From Mobula hypostoma (Eukaryota), in NCBI RefSeq assembly GCF_963921235.1, contig NC_086108.1:105092001-105156000 (forward strand): DNA of 64,000 nt, in the 5' to 3' direction. The notes beneath the pieces are model-generated. The model had not been told where the DNA came from, searched no databases, and saw nothing but the letters and a program-made list of their open reading frames with translations. Positions 62,737 to 64,000 of the stretch are shown piece after piece (position 1 is the first letter of the stretch; each line of letters begins with the position of its first letter). The translations under genes and the position numbers were made by a program.

Positions 62737-64000
62737 TGTAACCCAGGTTAATTAAACCTAAAGATGTAATGTTAGAAAGCTCCACCTGCAGAGGGATGAC
62801 CATGAGGTCTACTGAATTAAAAAAAAGAACTTGGGAAGGGGGGGATTAAAAAAAACTATGTGAGAACGAGTCATGGCTGACGCAGGCGTGGACAAATGAG
62901 AGAAACAAAGCAAACTATTCGAAACTAAAGGTATAAACTATTAAGAGTGGAATTAGTAGTGAGTATCTCTACCCTACTAACTTGAAAACCTCAGGGTGAA
63001 ACCCTTGGAGGAGAGAGGGTAGTGTTAAAAGATTTATAGAAGCTACAGTTGTAACGAGTCAATATCGGCAGAGAGGTGTGTCCAAGATCTCTACTGTGTA
63101 ACCAGGAATTAGTTCTGTTAAATCACCCCAAGGGATTTTGTGAGTTAAAATAGTTTTACTGTTCCAAGTGTATAATTTGTTTGTGACATATGTTTAGTAG
63201 TGTTGTGACTAAAAAAGAGTTTGGAAATAACAATAGGATATTGAGTTATTCTGAAATAGAAAATGTTTCTATTTCATGAGTGTGAGAACTTATGGATTGG
63301 TTAGGTTTTTTTTTATATAAGTTTTGCGAATCAAACTTCCATGGACGACCCACTATTTTATATAACGAACCAAGAATCAAGATCCCAAGCCACCCAAGAA
63401 TGAAGAACCAGTGTGGGACAAAATGTTTAATGACGTAGAGGATTTAATATGGTTGGATGTATAAGTTTATTTTTCATTCGAAGGATCTGAATTTAATTTT
63501 CTGCAAGAATTGATTATTTTGCAAAGACTTTGATAATTTACTGAATGAGATTTACTTTGTTTAAAAGCTGTGATGTAGAAGAATTGTCACAAAAGGAGTT
63601 AAACTGTATAAATATATATTTTTGGTATTGAATTTGAATTTGTAGACATACTGACTTGAGCTGAAACTGAAATTAACCATAATACTTGAGAATAGGAATT
63701 CAAAATTAGTTTCCCAACTAACTAGGGATAAATAGAAAGGCAAATGTTCATCTGTAAATCTTTAAATAGGGAATAACACTAGATCTAATTAGTTAGAGAT
63801 ATTGGAGTAATAAAGGTTATTCTAATGAACCTTACTGATTTTAGCTAACAAGAAATTTGGTTTTTGTTTGCTATCTGAGATTTGGAACCATAACGGAATG
63901 TTGGAATTTTGAATTATTCTTACTCACGTAAATATTTTGTATATATTGCTATTTTTATAAACAAACTTACTTCCAGAAGTATGTGTTTTCTATTCACTGC
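62737..64000. mobile_element. AT-rich insertion starting tgtaac, possibly a long LTR; runs off the window
   Basis: Abruptly interrupts CR1 after ccctaaagattaa; TG start; other end not visible. Confidence 0.4.

Noticed and set aside
62733..62740. piggyBac insertion at TTAA
   Set aside because: The insert starts with TG rather than CCC, and no TIR can be verified

Overview
Eukaryotic, repeat-saturated, non-coding DNA (large intron or intergenic). I found no recognisable host exon, RNA gene or CRISPR array. The repeat mix (CR1 LINEs, Rex1/Babar-like LINEs, V-domain SINEs, many Penelope pseudo-LTR fragments, Tc1 derivatives) suggests a fish, probably a shark or ray; this is inference. The only near-complete element is a 4.3-kb Ty3/Gypsy retrotransposon on the minus strand (37988-42273). 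It has a 4-bp TSD, a tRNA-Trp PBS, a CHCC Gag knuckle (CsRn1-like), a GGGAAAC slippery site plus a 12-bp hairpin at the gag/pol junction, a YLGD RT motif and two pol frameshifts. The most interesting signal is RNA-level: about 15 Penelope-derived short insertions carry a minimal hammerhead-ribozyme motif, often as inverted pairs bounded by 11-15 bp target duplications. Also present are Tc1 deletion derivatives ending in a TIR-TIR hairpin, a young tRNA/CORE-like SINE, several solo LTRs, a four-level nested insertion, a 2.7-kb C-rich minisatellite and a few repeat-free islands that may be regulatory. Boundaries of degraded repeats are approximate.
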